A stretch of 64,000 bases of DNA from Antedon mediterranea (taxonomy: Eukaryota; Animalia; Echinodermata). The position numbers and the translations under genes were made by a program. The stretch lies in assembly GCF_964355755.1 (NCBI RefSeq), contig NC_092674.1, forward strand, positions 26,660,001-26,724,000. Direction: 5' to 3'. The notes beneath the pieces are model-generated. The model was not told the DNA's origin. It did no database searches and saw nothing but the letters and a program-made list of their open reading frames with translations. Numbering within the stretch: the first letter of the stretch is position 1; each line of letters begins with the position of its first letter. Shown in pieces: positions 14,501 to 26,764 of this stretch.

Positions 14501-17500
14501 CTGTATGTGACAAAACAAATATGATGTGCCCATATATGGACAAGATGATGTCATACTGTATAACTGCTGTACCATACAGTATTTGGTCACATTACACTTT
14601 TTTGTTAAACTAGATACCTCCCCCAACATTTAAAATCCTGTCACATATGGACACGATGATGTCATATAAGTACTGTACCATATTTGGTCACATCAAACTT
14701 TTTTGTCAAACTAAATCCCTCCCACCAACATTTAAAAACCTGCCATAATTATGTGTTATAGATATTGTATATTGGGAAATCCTACTTGAACAACTTTCCT
14801 GCAACCTCCGACCTCAGCCCCTTTATCCTGTTTTGCATCTAACTATCCATATTGGCCGTCCTTTTCTGCATCTTGATTCCCCTATCTATATCTCTTGCAT
14901 GCACAGTATTTACTCTAAAAAAAAACCATCGTTGTACTATTAATATATTTCATGTCAATTTAACTACACTTTAATGTTAGTTATCATTATAAATGTAATA
15001 TGCCTGCAATAATTTAAAATGTAAAACTTTAAATGTTTCAATTTGAGCATCGGAGGCACTCAGGGTTTTTGGTGGTTTGTGTCAGGCACATAAGAGCAAG
15101 GTAGCATCTTTGCATCATGTTTATCTAATACTAACAACATGTTCTGCATTTTTCTTTTTTTAGATGCCACTGTGAACCCAGCATACAAAGAAAGTAAAGG
15201 GAATCGTAGTTTAAAAAGTATTCTAAAACGACCAAACCACCGCAAGCGGTTCCTTGAGGATTTGGAGCTTGGAGAAAGCGGCGTTAAAAAATGTCAATTG
15301 CAGGTGACCGGAATGACATGTGCTTCTTGCGTCGCTATCATAGAACGGAACCTGATAAAAGAGACAGGTAGGTAGAGTAGATAACTATTTCATAAAAAAT
15401 AGATGGAGAGATAATAGTTGGTTAAAATGAGTATACAAAAGAATACATTTAAACAATCATGCATGCATTGATTTTTCAAAATTGCGACAAGTCCAATACA
15501 AAACTGTCATGACAAGCAAGTTATTTACTAGTTTACAATTCATGAACTCTCTCATTTATCGAAACCAGATAATAATGATTTTAGAGTCAAATACGGTTTC
15601 TAAACATTTAAGCCTGAAAATAAAATAGTACCATACCATTTTTTTACCATCTTAATTACATTTGTTTTCTCCTTTTTATTTCAGGCATACACTCTGTGTC
15701 TGTGTCACTTATGGCTCAGAAGGCTGAGGTTGGCTACGACAGTGATTTGGTCACATGCAACAAGATTGCTAACTATATTAGTGACATGGGATTTGGCGCC
15801 AAGGTTTTGAAGGAGGACGATCAGACAACAGGGGATCAATATGTTGAAATACAGGTATGTTTTATTATTTTTCCGTACAATAAAGATAAAAGTTACTGCA
15901 CTTAAAATCGGTAAATTTAGCCTAAATATGAGAGTTCTGTAATTAAAAATAAATATTTATGAAGTTAAAACAAATTTAAAAATTCAAAATAACATTTATT
16001 TACTTATTAAAACAATTTAAACAACAATAGTGGAATAAACTAAACTACCAAAAGATATCATTAACAATCAAGGCTACACCTTCAGGACCCAACAAAGGTC
16101 CTCTAATAGGGGTGTCTCTTGAATAGTGGTATGCCATTTGTTTCAGGTAAAAGTTACCCCTTTATAGGGGTCAGCCATTGGTGTTAAAACATATTTTCGT
16201 TTATTTTATGAATATATGTCTCCTGAATATTAAGTTCTCTGTTTCTGATATTTATCATTATTTATTTAGATAACAGGAATGACTTGCGCGTCTTGCGTAT
16301 ATCTCATCGAGTCTACACTTAAAAAGAAGCGAGGAATTCTCTCGGCATCTGTTACATTAGCAACTTGTAGAGGGCGCTTTGAGTATGACCCAGAGCTGGT
16401 TGGTCCAAGAGATGTCATGGAATATGTTAGGGTAAGTGTTTTTATTATTGTTATTTGCTTATTTAATACCTGTTTGCTTATATTTTATGTCATGTTTGGC
16501 ACGCCATAGTCAGTTGTCTTTAGTAATAAAGTACTGAATTAGCATCTCTCACAAAATCGTGTTTTATTTATTAATTTGACACATCATTACATTTGAATTC
16601 AAATTTTGTACTTGATAACACAACCCATTTTCACATTATTTTGTAGGACGTTGGCTTTGGAGCAAGCCTGGCAACCAATGATACCAAAAGTAAAATGGCG
16701 ATAATAGACCACAAAGAAGATATACGAAGGTATCTCAATTGTTTAAAATGTTTAAATTCAAACTAGCAGATATCTCAGACGTAGCATATATTATATCATG
16801 TCATCTATAAGACATTAGAATTTCCTTTAAAGATTGATTGCATCACTAATTGGGAATACCAAGCAATTAAAACATTCTTATACATAAAGATATAGACAAC
16901 AGGGTTTCATAATTTAACAAATTAAATGTATTTACAATGTAAGTTCACCTCTCAATAATTATTATCATTTTAGACTAATAATAATAATGTATTTGTATTT
17001 TCTAATATACTGTACCTAAAGCTCTGTCTACACTATCAACCTTCATGTGAAAAAAATGTGAGGGGCCCATGGACTTGATGATGTCATATCACTACCATAT
17101 TTAGTCATATCACTACCATATTTAGGCACATCACACTTTTTTATTTAATAGTGTAGACAGAGCTTAAATTTGCCTTATTGTTGATTGGATTCAATTCAAT
17201 TCAATTCAAAACCTCAGTAACTTTTTCCTAGCAGATACATTAGGAATACAAAGTCTTTATTCGTTGTAATTATTTTTATTTTTTTTTACAGGTGGAGAAA
17301 TTCCTTTCTATTGTGTTTGTTGTTTGGTATACCTGTTATTATAATTCTTATACATGATATCAAGCATGGTGCCAATCAAAAACTCATCATTCCAGGATTG
17401 TCTTATGAAAACTTAATGTTGTTCTTACTATGTACACCAGTACAGGTAGGTTCTACAAGCCTGTAAACAAGATTTTTAGAAGGGGTTCTTTTTTTATGCA

Positions 17501-20500
17501 AAACAGGGAAAGTGCGAGTGTAGGAGGTTACCCTGGTACATCACAGCCACTGATCATAACTAGGCCTTCTGGGAGACCAGTGTTTGACTGAAGAGGTATC
17601 CCATTATAAATAAATAATAAAAATATTTATAATTTAATACAAAAAAATAGACTAAACAGGGATGAATGAATGAAAAAAATTGTTTTAGGCCTAGCCTAAC
17701 TAGAATTTGCCTGCCGGATTGGTAGAATTTTCTAGGCCTATTTACTAGCACAACCTAGACCAACAAAGTTCTATGAATTTGACTGTACCCAAACTTATGC
17801 TCTGTCTACTGCACTATCAAACTAGTTTGACAAAAAAAATGTAATGTGCCCAAATATGGTAGTAATTTACCCAAATATGGTAGAGATATGACATCATACA
17901 GTTTGATAGTGTAGACAGAGCTTTATAATGGATCTAAATGTCAGTTTAATTATCATACATTTTTTAATTTCAGCTGTTTGGAGGTCGGTATTTCTACGTA
18001 CAGGCGTACAAAGCCTTAAAACACGGGGCAGCTAACATGGACGTTCTCATCGTTCTGGCTACAACCATTGCTTATTTATATTCCATTTTTATCATTATTA
18101 TTGCTGTAATGCAAGGGGCAAGTACTAGCCCGATGACTTTCTTTGATGAACCACCGATGCTACTTGTGTTTGTCTGTTTGGGAAGGTGGTTGGAGCACAT
18201 GGCAAAGGTATATTTTATTTGTCTAAATATGGTAGCTATATGCCCAAATATGGTAGCGATATGCTCAAATATAATATGACATCATCATGTTCATATATGT
18301 GCACATTACATTTTTCTGTCACATAAAGTTTTATAGTGTAGACAGAGCTTTTAGTCCTAACTTGTTTTACCTGGTCAATACATCAATCAATCAATCAATC
18401 AAAGTAACATTTATTGCTCTTATAATTTCATAGTAAATGAAAATTAACAGTAAATATAATTAAAATAAGATGGACAAAATTCCAAAAAAGTAAAGCTTGT
18501 ATAAGGCAGCCCATCAGTGTATGCATAGGCTGGTCTGCCTAACTTTGCCAGCCCTTGCCTTCACTGTTAACAGAACATCAAAAATACTCCTTACTACAAC
18601 CAGTTTGACCTTTGAAATTCTTTGAATAGTAATGGAGCATTTTAGATTTTGGTATTGGCTATTGATACAATGATACATAGTAATATAGTTCTTTATTATT
18701 TATATTTTTTTTTTCAGGGTAAAACATCTGAAGCTCTGACAAAACTTATGTCTCTACAAGCCACTGAAGCCACTTTAATTAAATACAATGATAACGGTGA
18801 TATTGTGGAAGAGGTAGAAATGGACGTAGATCTTCTACATAAAGGGGACGTTGTCAAGGTGTTCCCTGGAGGGAAGATCCCGATTGATGGCACAGTTCTG
18901 GAGGGCAAGTCAATGGTTGATGAGTCTCTCATTACTGGTGAATCCATGCCTGTGATAAAGATGGCAGGTGAGAAGGGGGTTGTTGGTGCAGCTGATGTCA
19001 TTCAAACTCCCAAACATAAAATAGCTAGGGTTTTTTTGTACATATACACTTGTTGTTTATAAACTTAGTTGTGAGGTTTTGAATTTGAGACTTTTTGTTT
19101 TGGGCACAACATTGTGTTTTGAATTACTTCAAGTTAAATAATACATTAAATCCAGGGCTGACATTTGTTTCAGTTTAAGTGTGAAAAACAGTGGCTTTAT
19201 CTTTGGAATGGACCTTGTCATCTAAAGCCTTGTCTACACTATCAAACTAATTTGATCTGCCCATATATGGACATGATGATGTCATATCACAACCATATTT
19301 GGCCATATCAGTACCACATTTGGGTACATCACACTTTTTTTGTTAAATTAGTTTGATAGTGTAGACAGAGCTGAAGATTTATATAAAACAAATATGAACA
19401 AGTATAGGTTATTTTGAAAAATGATCCAAGCACGATCCTGGCCTTCAATTTCCAATCATTAAAAAAAATGTTTCTTTCCAGGGCACACTGTAATAGGAGG
19501 AACTATCAACCAGAATGGAACGCTATTTGTGAAAGCGACCCACGTAGGTGCTGATACAACCCTTTCACATATTGTGAAGTTGGTTGAGGAAGCACAGACT
19601 TCAAAGGTAGATTTTATTTATTTTATTATTTTGTAAATTAACTTGTATTAAACTAATATTATAAACAAAAACATTTTAAATGAAAAAAAAATTTAGTGTT
19701 ATACTAATTATGTTATAAACAAATGCTAAAAAAAAGGATTTTAAATGAGAGAAAAAATATTCTTAATATTTCAAATTAACATTCACCTGTGTTTTAAAAT
19801 ATTTTTCATATTTTTCATTTTCCTAGGCTCCAATCCAGAAGGTTGCTGACAAAGTAGCTGGTTATTTTGTGCCTGGCATAGTCAGTTTATCTCTGCTTGT
19901 ACTTGTCCTCCACATAGCGACTGGATATTCAAATCTAGAAGTAGCACATGCTTCCTACCAAGCTTCGGTACTAGGAATTTACTTTTTTGGACATTTTATG
20001 AAAGTTGTTTTATATTTAGGTTTTTTTCTACAATAATAATAATATTAATAATATGATTAAATTAATATTCATTTCAGAATGAAACAATGGGACGAAATGA
20101 GATGATTTTACAGTATTCTTTCCAATGTGCCATTGCAGTGCTTTGTATAGCCTGCCCATGTGCACTTGGCCTGGCCACCCCTACAGCCGTAATGGTTGGA
20201 ACCGGTGTTGGTGCCACTTTAGGAATTCTAATAAAAGGTGGCCAACCTCTCGAGATGGCGCACAAAGTAAAGGTTGTTGTGTTTGACAAGACGGGAACAA
20301 TAACACAGGGTGCACCACGTGTCATTCGTGTGGCGGTCTTTGAAAATCCTGTGGTGAAATCATTGAATAAACTGTTGGTGATTGTGGGATCAGCCGAGTC
20401 TAGCAGTGAGCATCCGATTGGCTCAGCCATTGTTAAGTACACAAAAGAGGTAGGTCAAATTTTCTTTAAAAGTGTAAACACAAACTAAATAGGCAGTTTT

Positions 20501-23500
20501 CACACAAGCATGTAAACGTTAACTGTAACGCTCTTTCCCAACATGCAACGCGCAAGCTATTCCATGATTTGTTTTAATACGAGCGGCGTATGTTGCATGT
20601 GTGACACATGCAGTGCGTTCTACACTTTCAGACAAAGTACACAACTGTTTGCAACTATGTTGTTATGCAAATGAGTAGAATGTGCGAAAACTCCCAATTA
20701 TTATTAATTTTAAACTTTATAGCCTAAACAGTATCATATTTATTGAATTATGGATTTATTTATGTATTTCATAAAGCAGAATTACATTTTTTTTGTTAAA
20801 ATGTAAAGCAAATGTAAAATAATGGGTTATATTAATTATTTATTACTGGAAATATTTTGACAGAAATTAAAAACTGAAGTGCTAGCAACGTGTAGTGATT
20901 TTGAAGCGGTGCCCGGATGTGGTTTAAAATGTACAGTTAGTGAAATTGAAGATCTTCTACTAAATTGTGAGGAAGATGAAGAACAAGAGAACATGCACAA
21001 AATGAATGGAAATGGCAGTCTCAACGGAATGCCAATTATTACGACATCATCTGTCGGTAAGTTGATGCTGATACTATATACTGTATAGTAAACACTTAAA
21101 ATTTTGTCAATATATTACAAACAACATTATTCTTTAAACAGGCACAACTCAAACGCCAACCAAGCCTGGTGTGTACACCGTTGTTATTGGCAACAGAGAA
21201 TGGATGCAACGACATTGTTACGACATCCCATACGAAGCTGATGAAGAAATGAAAGATCATGAAAAGAAAGGACAAACTGCTGTTTTGGTAGCAGTCAATG
21301 GTAAGCGTTATATTAAATATTAAACATATTTGACTGGTCTCTTTTGAGATCTAGTTCCTCGGACCCATCCAGTGGCGTAAGAGCTATGAGTGCTCGCTGG
21401 CTAAACCCAGGAGACCCAGTGCTTAGGGCCAGAGCAGGAGCAATCCAATGCAACTCCCCTGCGTTGGAGGACCCCTTAGTAGTGTTAACCAGGGGCCTTT
21501 GCCCACTGTGTTACGCCACTGGACCTATCACTGTTTCTGTCCGAGCTTTTCTTTTGCAAGCAGTTTGGGAGTTCATAATTTGCCTATTGTAGCACTGTTA
21601 ATAAAAAGCTGACCTTTAACATTTCAGGAATTGTACTTGGTATGATAGTCGTGGCAGATTCACTGAAACCGGAGGCTGCGCTGGCAGTGTACACGTTAAA
21701 GAAAAGGGGCCTACGCGTTGTACTACTAACAGGTGATAACCGCAAAACAGCCGAAGCGATCGCAGGTCAGGTTGGAATAGCTGAGGTGTACGCACAGGTG
21801 TTGCCACAACACAAAGTTGCAAAGGTCAAAGAACTACAGGCTAAAGGTCAACTTGTTGCCATGGTCGGTGACGGGGTGAATGATTCGCCGGCGTTGGCGC
21901 AGTCAGATGTCGGGATTGCCATAGGTACTGGTACGGATGTTGCAGTTGAAGCAGCTGATATTGTACTTATACAGGTGGGTTAATATGCAAATTAAATATT
22001 AAAATTACATTGTATGTTGATCATTATCAAAATATGTACGGTAATAATTGTTATTGTATATCAATATTTTATGAATCAATTAATTTTTAATCATAGTACT
22101 ATTCATTGAGAATGTTTTTATTGTAATTTTAAATTTTTTATTCAATTTTATTATATTATTTTTTTTTCTCTTTCAGAATAATCTTCTTGATGTAGTTGGA
22201 GCATTACATTTATCCAGAAAAACAGTTCGAAGAATTCATCTAAATTTTGGATTTGCAATTATATATAACCTTATAGGAATCCCAATTGCTGGAGGTACTA
22301 TCATAATAATAATATAATAATTTAGTTTGCCGCTCTGCAACCTATCCGTTTGAATTTGCGAAAAAATGGGTCACAAAATCCATGAAATTTTACACTGATC
22401 TGCAATGGTCAAAAATTGATTTAGTTGATTATTCAACTGTTATTTATTTATTTTTTTATTCAATGTTCTTTCCTCTTTCGTGGGATAACCCATGTTATTA
22501 TAATACAATGTACGATTCTGAACAGCACAATAATAATAATCTCAACAGCATCTTACAGCTTAAATACTGTATAACTCAAACAAGTAAGTGAGTGGTCAAG
22601 CGGTTATAACAGTGGAACCATTAGTACGTAGCCATAACATCGGCAAGGGTTCGAGGTTCACTCTCTCCATTCTAGTGGTAGAACAAGTCTTCTTGGATAA
22701 GGACTATAAACCGTAGGTCCAGTGTACACAACTAGCTCATATGTGCACTTTAAAGAACCTACAGTAGCGCATCTTTCGAGACTAGTACATCACAGCCACT
22801 AATTATAACTTGGCCCTCTGGGAGACAAGTCTTTGACTAAAGAGGTCGCCAAGTATAAATAAAATATTTAAATTCAGCCGCTATAGGAATATAGAATATA
22901 AAACTACTAGTGATATTATTGTGATTTTTATGATTTTCCATCAGGTTTATTCATGCCATGGGGCATAGCTCTGAAGCCTTGGATGGCATCAGCTGCCATG
23001 GCGTTCTCTAGTGTTTCTGTTGTCACATCCTCATTGTTGCTAAAATTGTAAGTCTACCATTCATTCATATTTTGCATCAGCAGCAGACACCTTGACTTTA
23101 TTTATCCTTTTTTTAATCGTCCTATTCATTATCATTTATCACTTTTTAAGGCTCGCCCAACAGAAGATGTTTTTCTTCATCTTCCCTAGCATCTGCCTTC
23201 AAACTCTGACCTTATGTCAATATTTTATTGCATTGTGTTTTATTATCTTTTATGTCAGAGTCTGTTATGAAACTTGAAAACTCAGAATACAGTAGAACTC
23301 CTCTTTTAATGTAAAACAAACAAGGGGATGATAATGTTTTAACACTGCCTACAATCCCTATTTTAAAGGGCACCTCTTTATTAAGGGGACACTTTGTTCG
23401 TTTCTGAAGGTGTCCCCTGCATAAAAGTTCTAATGTAGCTTTTTTGTACCTCCATAGTCATCACTAAAACAATACTCCATAATATAAAAATAGAGTGCAT

Positions 23501-24111
23501 ACTGTAATTTAACTGCACCCACTTTATTTATAACCGACACCATTGAACACATTTGCGCCTTTTCTAACGTTTGTAGTACATAAGCTGTTATCATTTTATA
23601 TCAATTACGTCTTGTTCTCTGATAGTTAGATTCCTGGAATAGTTTACCTGGCTTTTTAGTTTTATTTAATTGTGGCTAGACACTTTGAATGTCTATGTAA
23701 TCAGTCTTGTTTTGCTAAAAGCCAGAGTAGGCAAATCCAGAGCTTATTAAAATAGGTTTTGTAGGAAAAATAGTGTTTGAATTATGTATTTTATTATATA
23801 TGATTAATGACATCTGACCACACCTGTGGTCTTCATCTGACCTGGTGATATGCTGACCTCTGTTGTCTAGTGAAAGACAGTAAACAATATCATTGATTTG
23901 TTATTTTAGGTACAAGAAACCGGATTACTCAAGTCTGGAAAAGCCAAATTGCCACCAATTGAAGAATAGATCCCATCGAATATCCATTGACGTCAGCGAA
24001 GAGGAGGATGTTACCATTTTTAATAAACCAAAATCATGGAAGAAGTTTACTTTAAAGACATCGAAAGATTCTCTGAAAATGTCGTTGTTAGGAGGAGAAC
24101 ATGAAGATTGA
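8527..24111 (+). CDS. ATP7A: Copper-transporting P1B-type ATPase (ATP7A/ATP7B co-ortholog); exons 8527-8631, 9735-10986, 15164-15367, 15685-15854, 16270-16431, 16647-16729, 17292-17445, 17974-18207, 18718-18967, 19482-19606, 19827-19967, 20078-20449, 20864-21056, 21142-21300, 21628-21974, 22177-22294, 22945-23047, 23910-24111
   Basis: Multiple GMTCxSC HMA domains, TGES actuator, [15 protein letters not shown] phosphorylation site, [18 protein letters not shown], the YN and MxxSS copper ligands, and a C-terminal SLL di-leucine. All junctions are GT-AG and in phase. A versus B cannot be assigned for an invertebrate gene. Confidence 0.96.
12058..12326. mobile_element. PIF/Harbinger-like MITE in an ATP7 intron
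   Basis: TIRs AGCCTGGTTTCCAT / ATGGAAACCAGGCT with TTA on both sides and a locally raised CpG content. Confidence 0.85.
17020..17164. mobile_element. Full copy of the AGCTCTGTCTACACT MITE family
   Basis: TAA-AGCTCTGTCTACACTAT ... ATAGTGTAGACAGAGCT-TAA. Confidence 0.85.
21370..21521. mobile_element. hAT-like MITE in an ATP7 intron
   Basis: TIRs CAGTGGCGTAA / TTACGCCACTG and an 8-bp target-site duplication GACCCATC / GACCTATC (one mismatch). Confidence 0.85.
22588..22866 (+). mobile_element. tRNA-derived SINE with a Deu/Nin-type central domain; a 3' fragment of the same family lies at about 17528-17620
   Basis: A-box-like TGGTCAAGCGG, B-box-like GGTTCGAGG, core GGATAAGGACTATAAACCGTAGGTCC...TAAAGAACC, A-rich tail. 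The 3' part (ACATCACAGCCACT...CTGGGAGAC...) recurs at 17.5 kb. Confidence 0.7.
23289..23437. mobile_element. Degenerate Tc1/mariner-like MITE (TA-CAGTAGAAC...AAGGGGACAC...GGTGTCCC...); related fragments near 4480-4565, 13553-13660, 16070-16240, 25700-25760
   Basis: Recurrent CAGT...ACTG-type ends with TA flanks and a shared internal GGGACAC/GTGTCCC motif; copies are diverged. Confidence 0.5.
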
Positions 24112-26006
24112 AAATACACTACATTACATAGGTTATTACTGTACATCATAGTACTGATATAATTAATGAATGTTTATGAGTGTAAAGGTACAAATAATAA
24201 CAAAATATAACCTTCCATCATTCACCTCATGCAATTATTTGTACCATTTTACGAATATAAAACATTCATTATTTGTTTTATATAACGTCGAAATAAATAA
24301 ATTCCTGTCATGCACGTCGGTCTGCTTCCGATGTTTACAAACAAAACAGGCAAAACGATTTCACAGTAATTGTATACTACATTTATTTTTCACCCACTAA
24401 CTGTTCAATAGTGCGTACTATTGCACGGCATGTGACCCACAATCGTCCTATCAAATGACAGGAATTTATTTAGGTGTAATAATAATACAATAACTACAAC
24501 TCCCTGCTAATACCACCGAGACAGCCTAGATTAGTAGCCATGTGTACTATCTAAATAAATTATTATGACATATCTTGTAAATTGGTCATTTTATATAAAG
24601 TATAAAAATAATATAAATAAATTATTTTAAATACAACCATATTAAGATTATTAGTTTGTTGTCATTTGTGTGAGAAATATGACCCACTTTATCTTTTAGA
24701 AAGGATCACATTTTTGTACAGTTTTTTATATTTTTAATAGTATAGATTAATTTAGAATTACATAATTTTCTGTCTGTACATTCATGTTAAAAAGCCTTGC
24801 ATACATAAATTATGTGTTCAAAATTGTATTTATATTCATACCATATATGTTAAATAAATATATATTTAAAGAAATTTATTTTTATGCAATTTAGATGCTG
24901 TCAGGAATAGTTTAATGTGTTAAATATAATGCTAGAAATGTTGAGGTTTTTCATAGCAATGTTCTTGGTTTTTTTTAACTGTCAAAAAAATGTGATTCTT
25001 TTCATTGTGTCAAAAGTAAAATCTTAAATAAAACAACAGTAACAGTATATATTTAAAAAAATGTAATGTCATTTATTTCATAATTGACCAGTTGCTAATG
25101 TACATCACATGACATTGATAAATTGAAACTACATGTACATAACATTTGTGTTGAAATTAAAGAACATGATATGTATATCTTATCTACTATACCTATATTT
25201 GTCCAGAATTTTATTTGTAAAATGTACGTAATCGTAGCATAAATGAAACAATATAAATAGATTTAAACAAAGGTATTAAATACAGTGTTTAACAGGGACA
25301 CTGTGAAACATAGTTACAATGATTTCGTAGCATAGCTCACAACAGATAGTGTCCAATAAATTTATATCATGTGAAAAAAGCAAACCATAAAATGGGCGGA
25401 ATTGTGAAAAGTTAATTAAGGAAGAACCGTTGAAGCAGATTGTTTCTTCATGTCAGTCACCGACACATTTCTTCTATCGTGAACTGCGAAATTTTTTTTT
25501 TTTTTTACAAATTCATATAAATACATATGAAAATACTTAACTACTATTTTTATTATTCGTTTATTAGAAAAATGTTAATATAGTGGTTTCCACTTTTGTT
25601 GATGATGAAAAGAAATTTTAAATCTTTAAACATCCCAATATACAGTTGACCAGCACACACAGTAGATCTCACTGTTAAAGGAGATACTGTAATAGGCAGC
25701 TATAGCCACCTCTATTCTGGGACACCCCCTACAGTATTAAAGGGACATCTCTAACTTTGTTAAAATCCCAATGTATACATTAAAATGTCACTAAAGTATA
25801 ATTTAAAATTTTAATTTTATTTACAGCAAATTTCAAATGTGTGTTTAACAAAATGTTTGGAAATACCAACAAATCATTTCTTTTTTAAGATTCTGTGTAA
25901 TGGTGAACAGATTTCTAAATTAGTTATTTAATTAAAACATGCAAGTGATGTTATAACATGATTATACATTAAATATTATAAATACTAATATAAATAGATT
26001 AAAAAA

Positions 26007-26724
26007 AACTAAACCAGCACGAATGTGCAATACTCGGGGTACAACAAAAGTAATGACGTCATAAGACGGGATGTAACGTCACATACACATCAATAACCTT
26101 GTTACTAAATACGGCTATATTCCGAAAAGTTACGTCACATAACCGGAAATGGCATAATTACGATAAATTATGAAATCTCAAAGTGATTTTTTGCTATTTC
26201 CGGGAGCAGAAGTGACGTCACAATATCATAAATAGGTTTTACTCTATATAGTCTTATTCTCAAAACCTTTGAACTGACACCAAACAAGGCTATATTACAA
26301 CGAAAATCGTTTTGCACCAAGGTACCATCTTCGAGACGTCATATGGCTGCATCCGGTTTGAAATTAAAAAATCTGGCTCTATAGCTTTGAGGACATGTGC
26401 CTGTAGTATACCCATGCCAAATCCCAGCTCAATACTACAACGAATAAGGGAGGAGTAGTACTTGATTGGTACCATGTTTATGATGTCATAATTCTGCATC
26501 CAGTTGAAGTACGAAAATGTTCTCTCTATAGCTTTGTTCACCTATTACCCTAGTATATGCATACCATGTTTCAGAGCCGTCAGACGACGCGTAAAGAACT
26601 AGTAGGACTTGATAGTTGCCTCAATAGTGTCCAGATGGAAGAAGAGGAAAAGGAAAAAGAAAAGAGGAGAAGATAAGATAAGCGAGTCCTAGACTCGGGT
26701 GCCCCAAGTAACCCCGAGTAAAAA
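26007..26724 (-). mobile_element. Helentron-associated (HINE/DINE-1-like) non-autonomous element with internal tandem repeats
   Basis: On the minus strand it starts TTTTTACTCGGGG...CCCGAGT (short inverted repeat), followed by a pyrimidine-rich simple repeat, two related internal units beginning GGTACCAT, a second TACTCGGGGT copy, and a T-rich end. Confidence 0.6.
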
Positions 26725-26764
26725 CATGTCATCAGGGTTCATAGGTTCTACTGTACTACAAACA

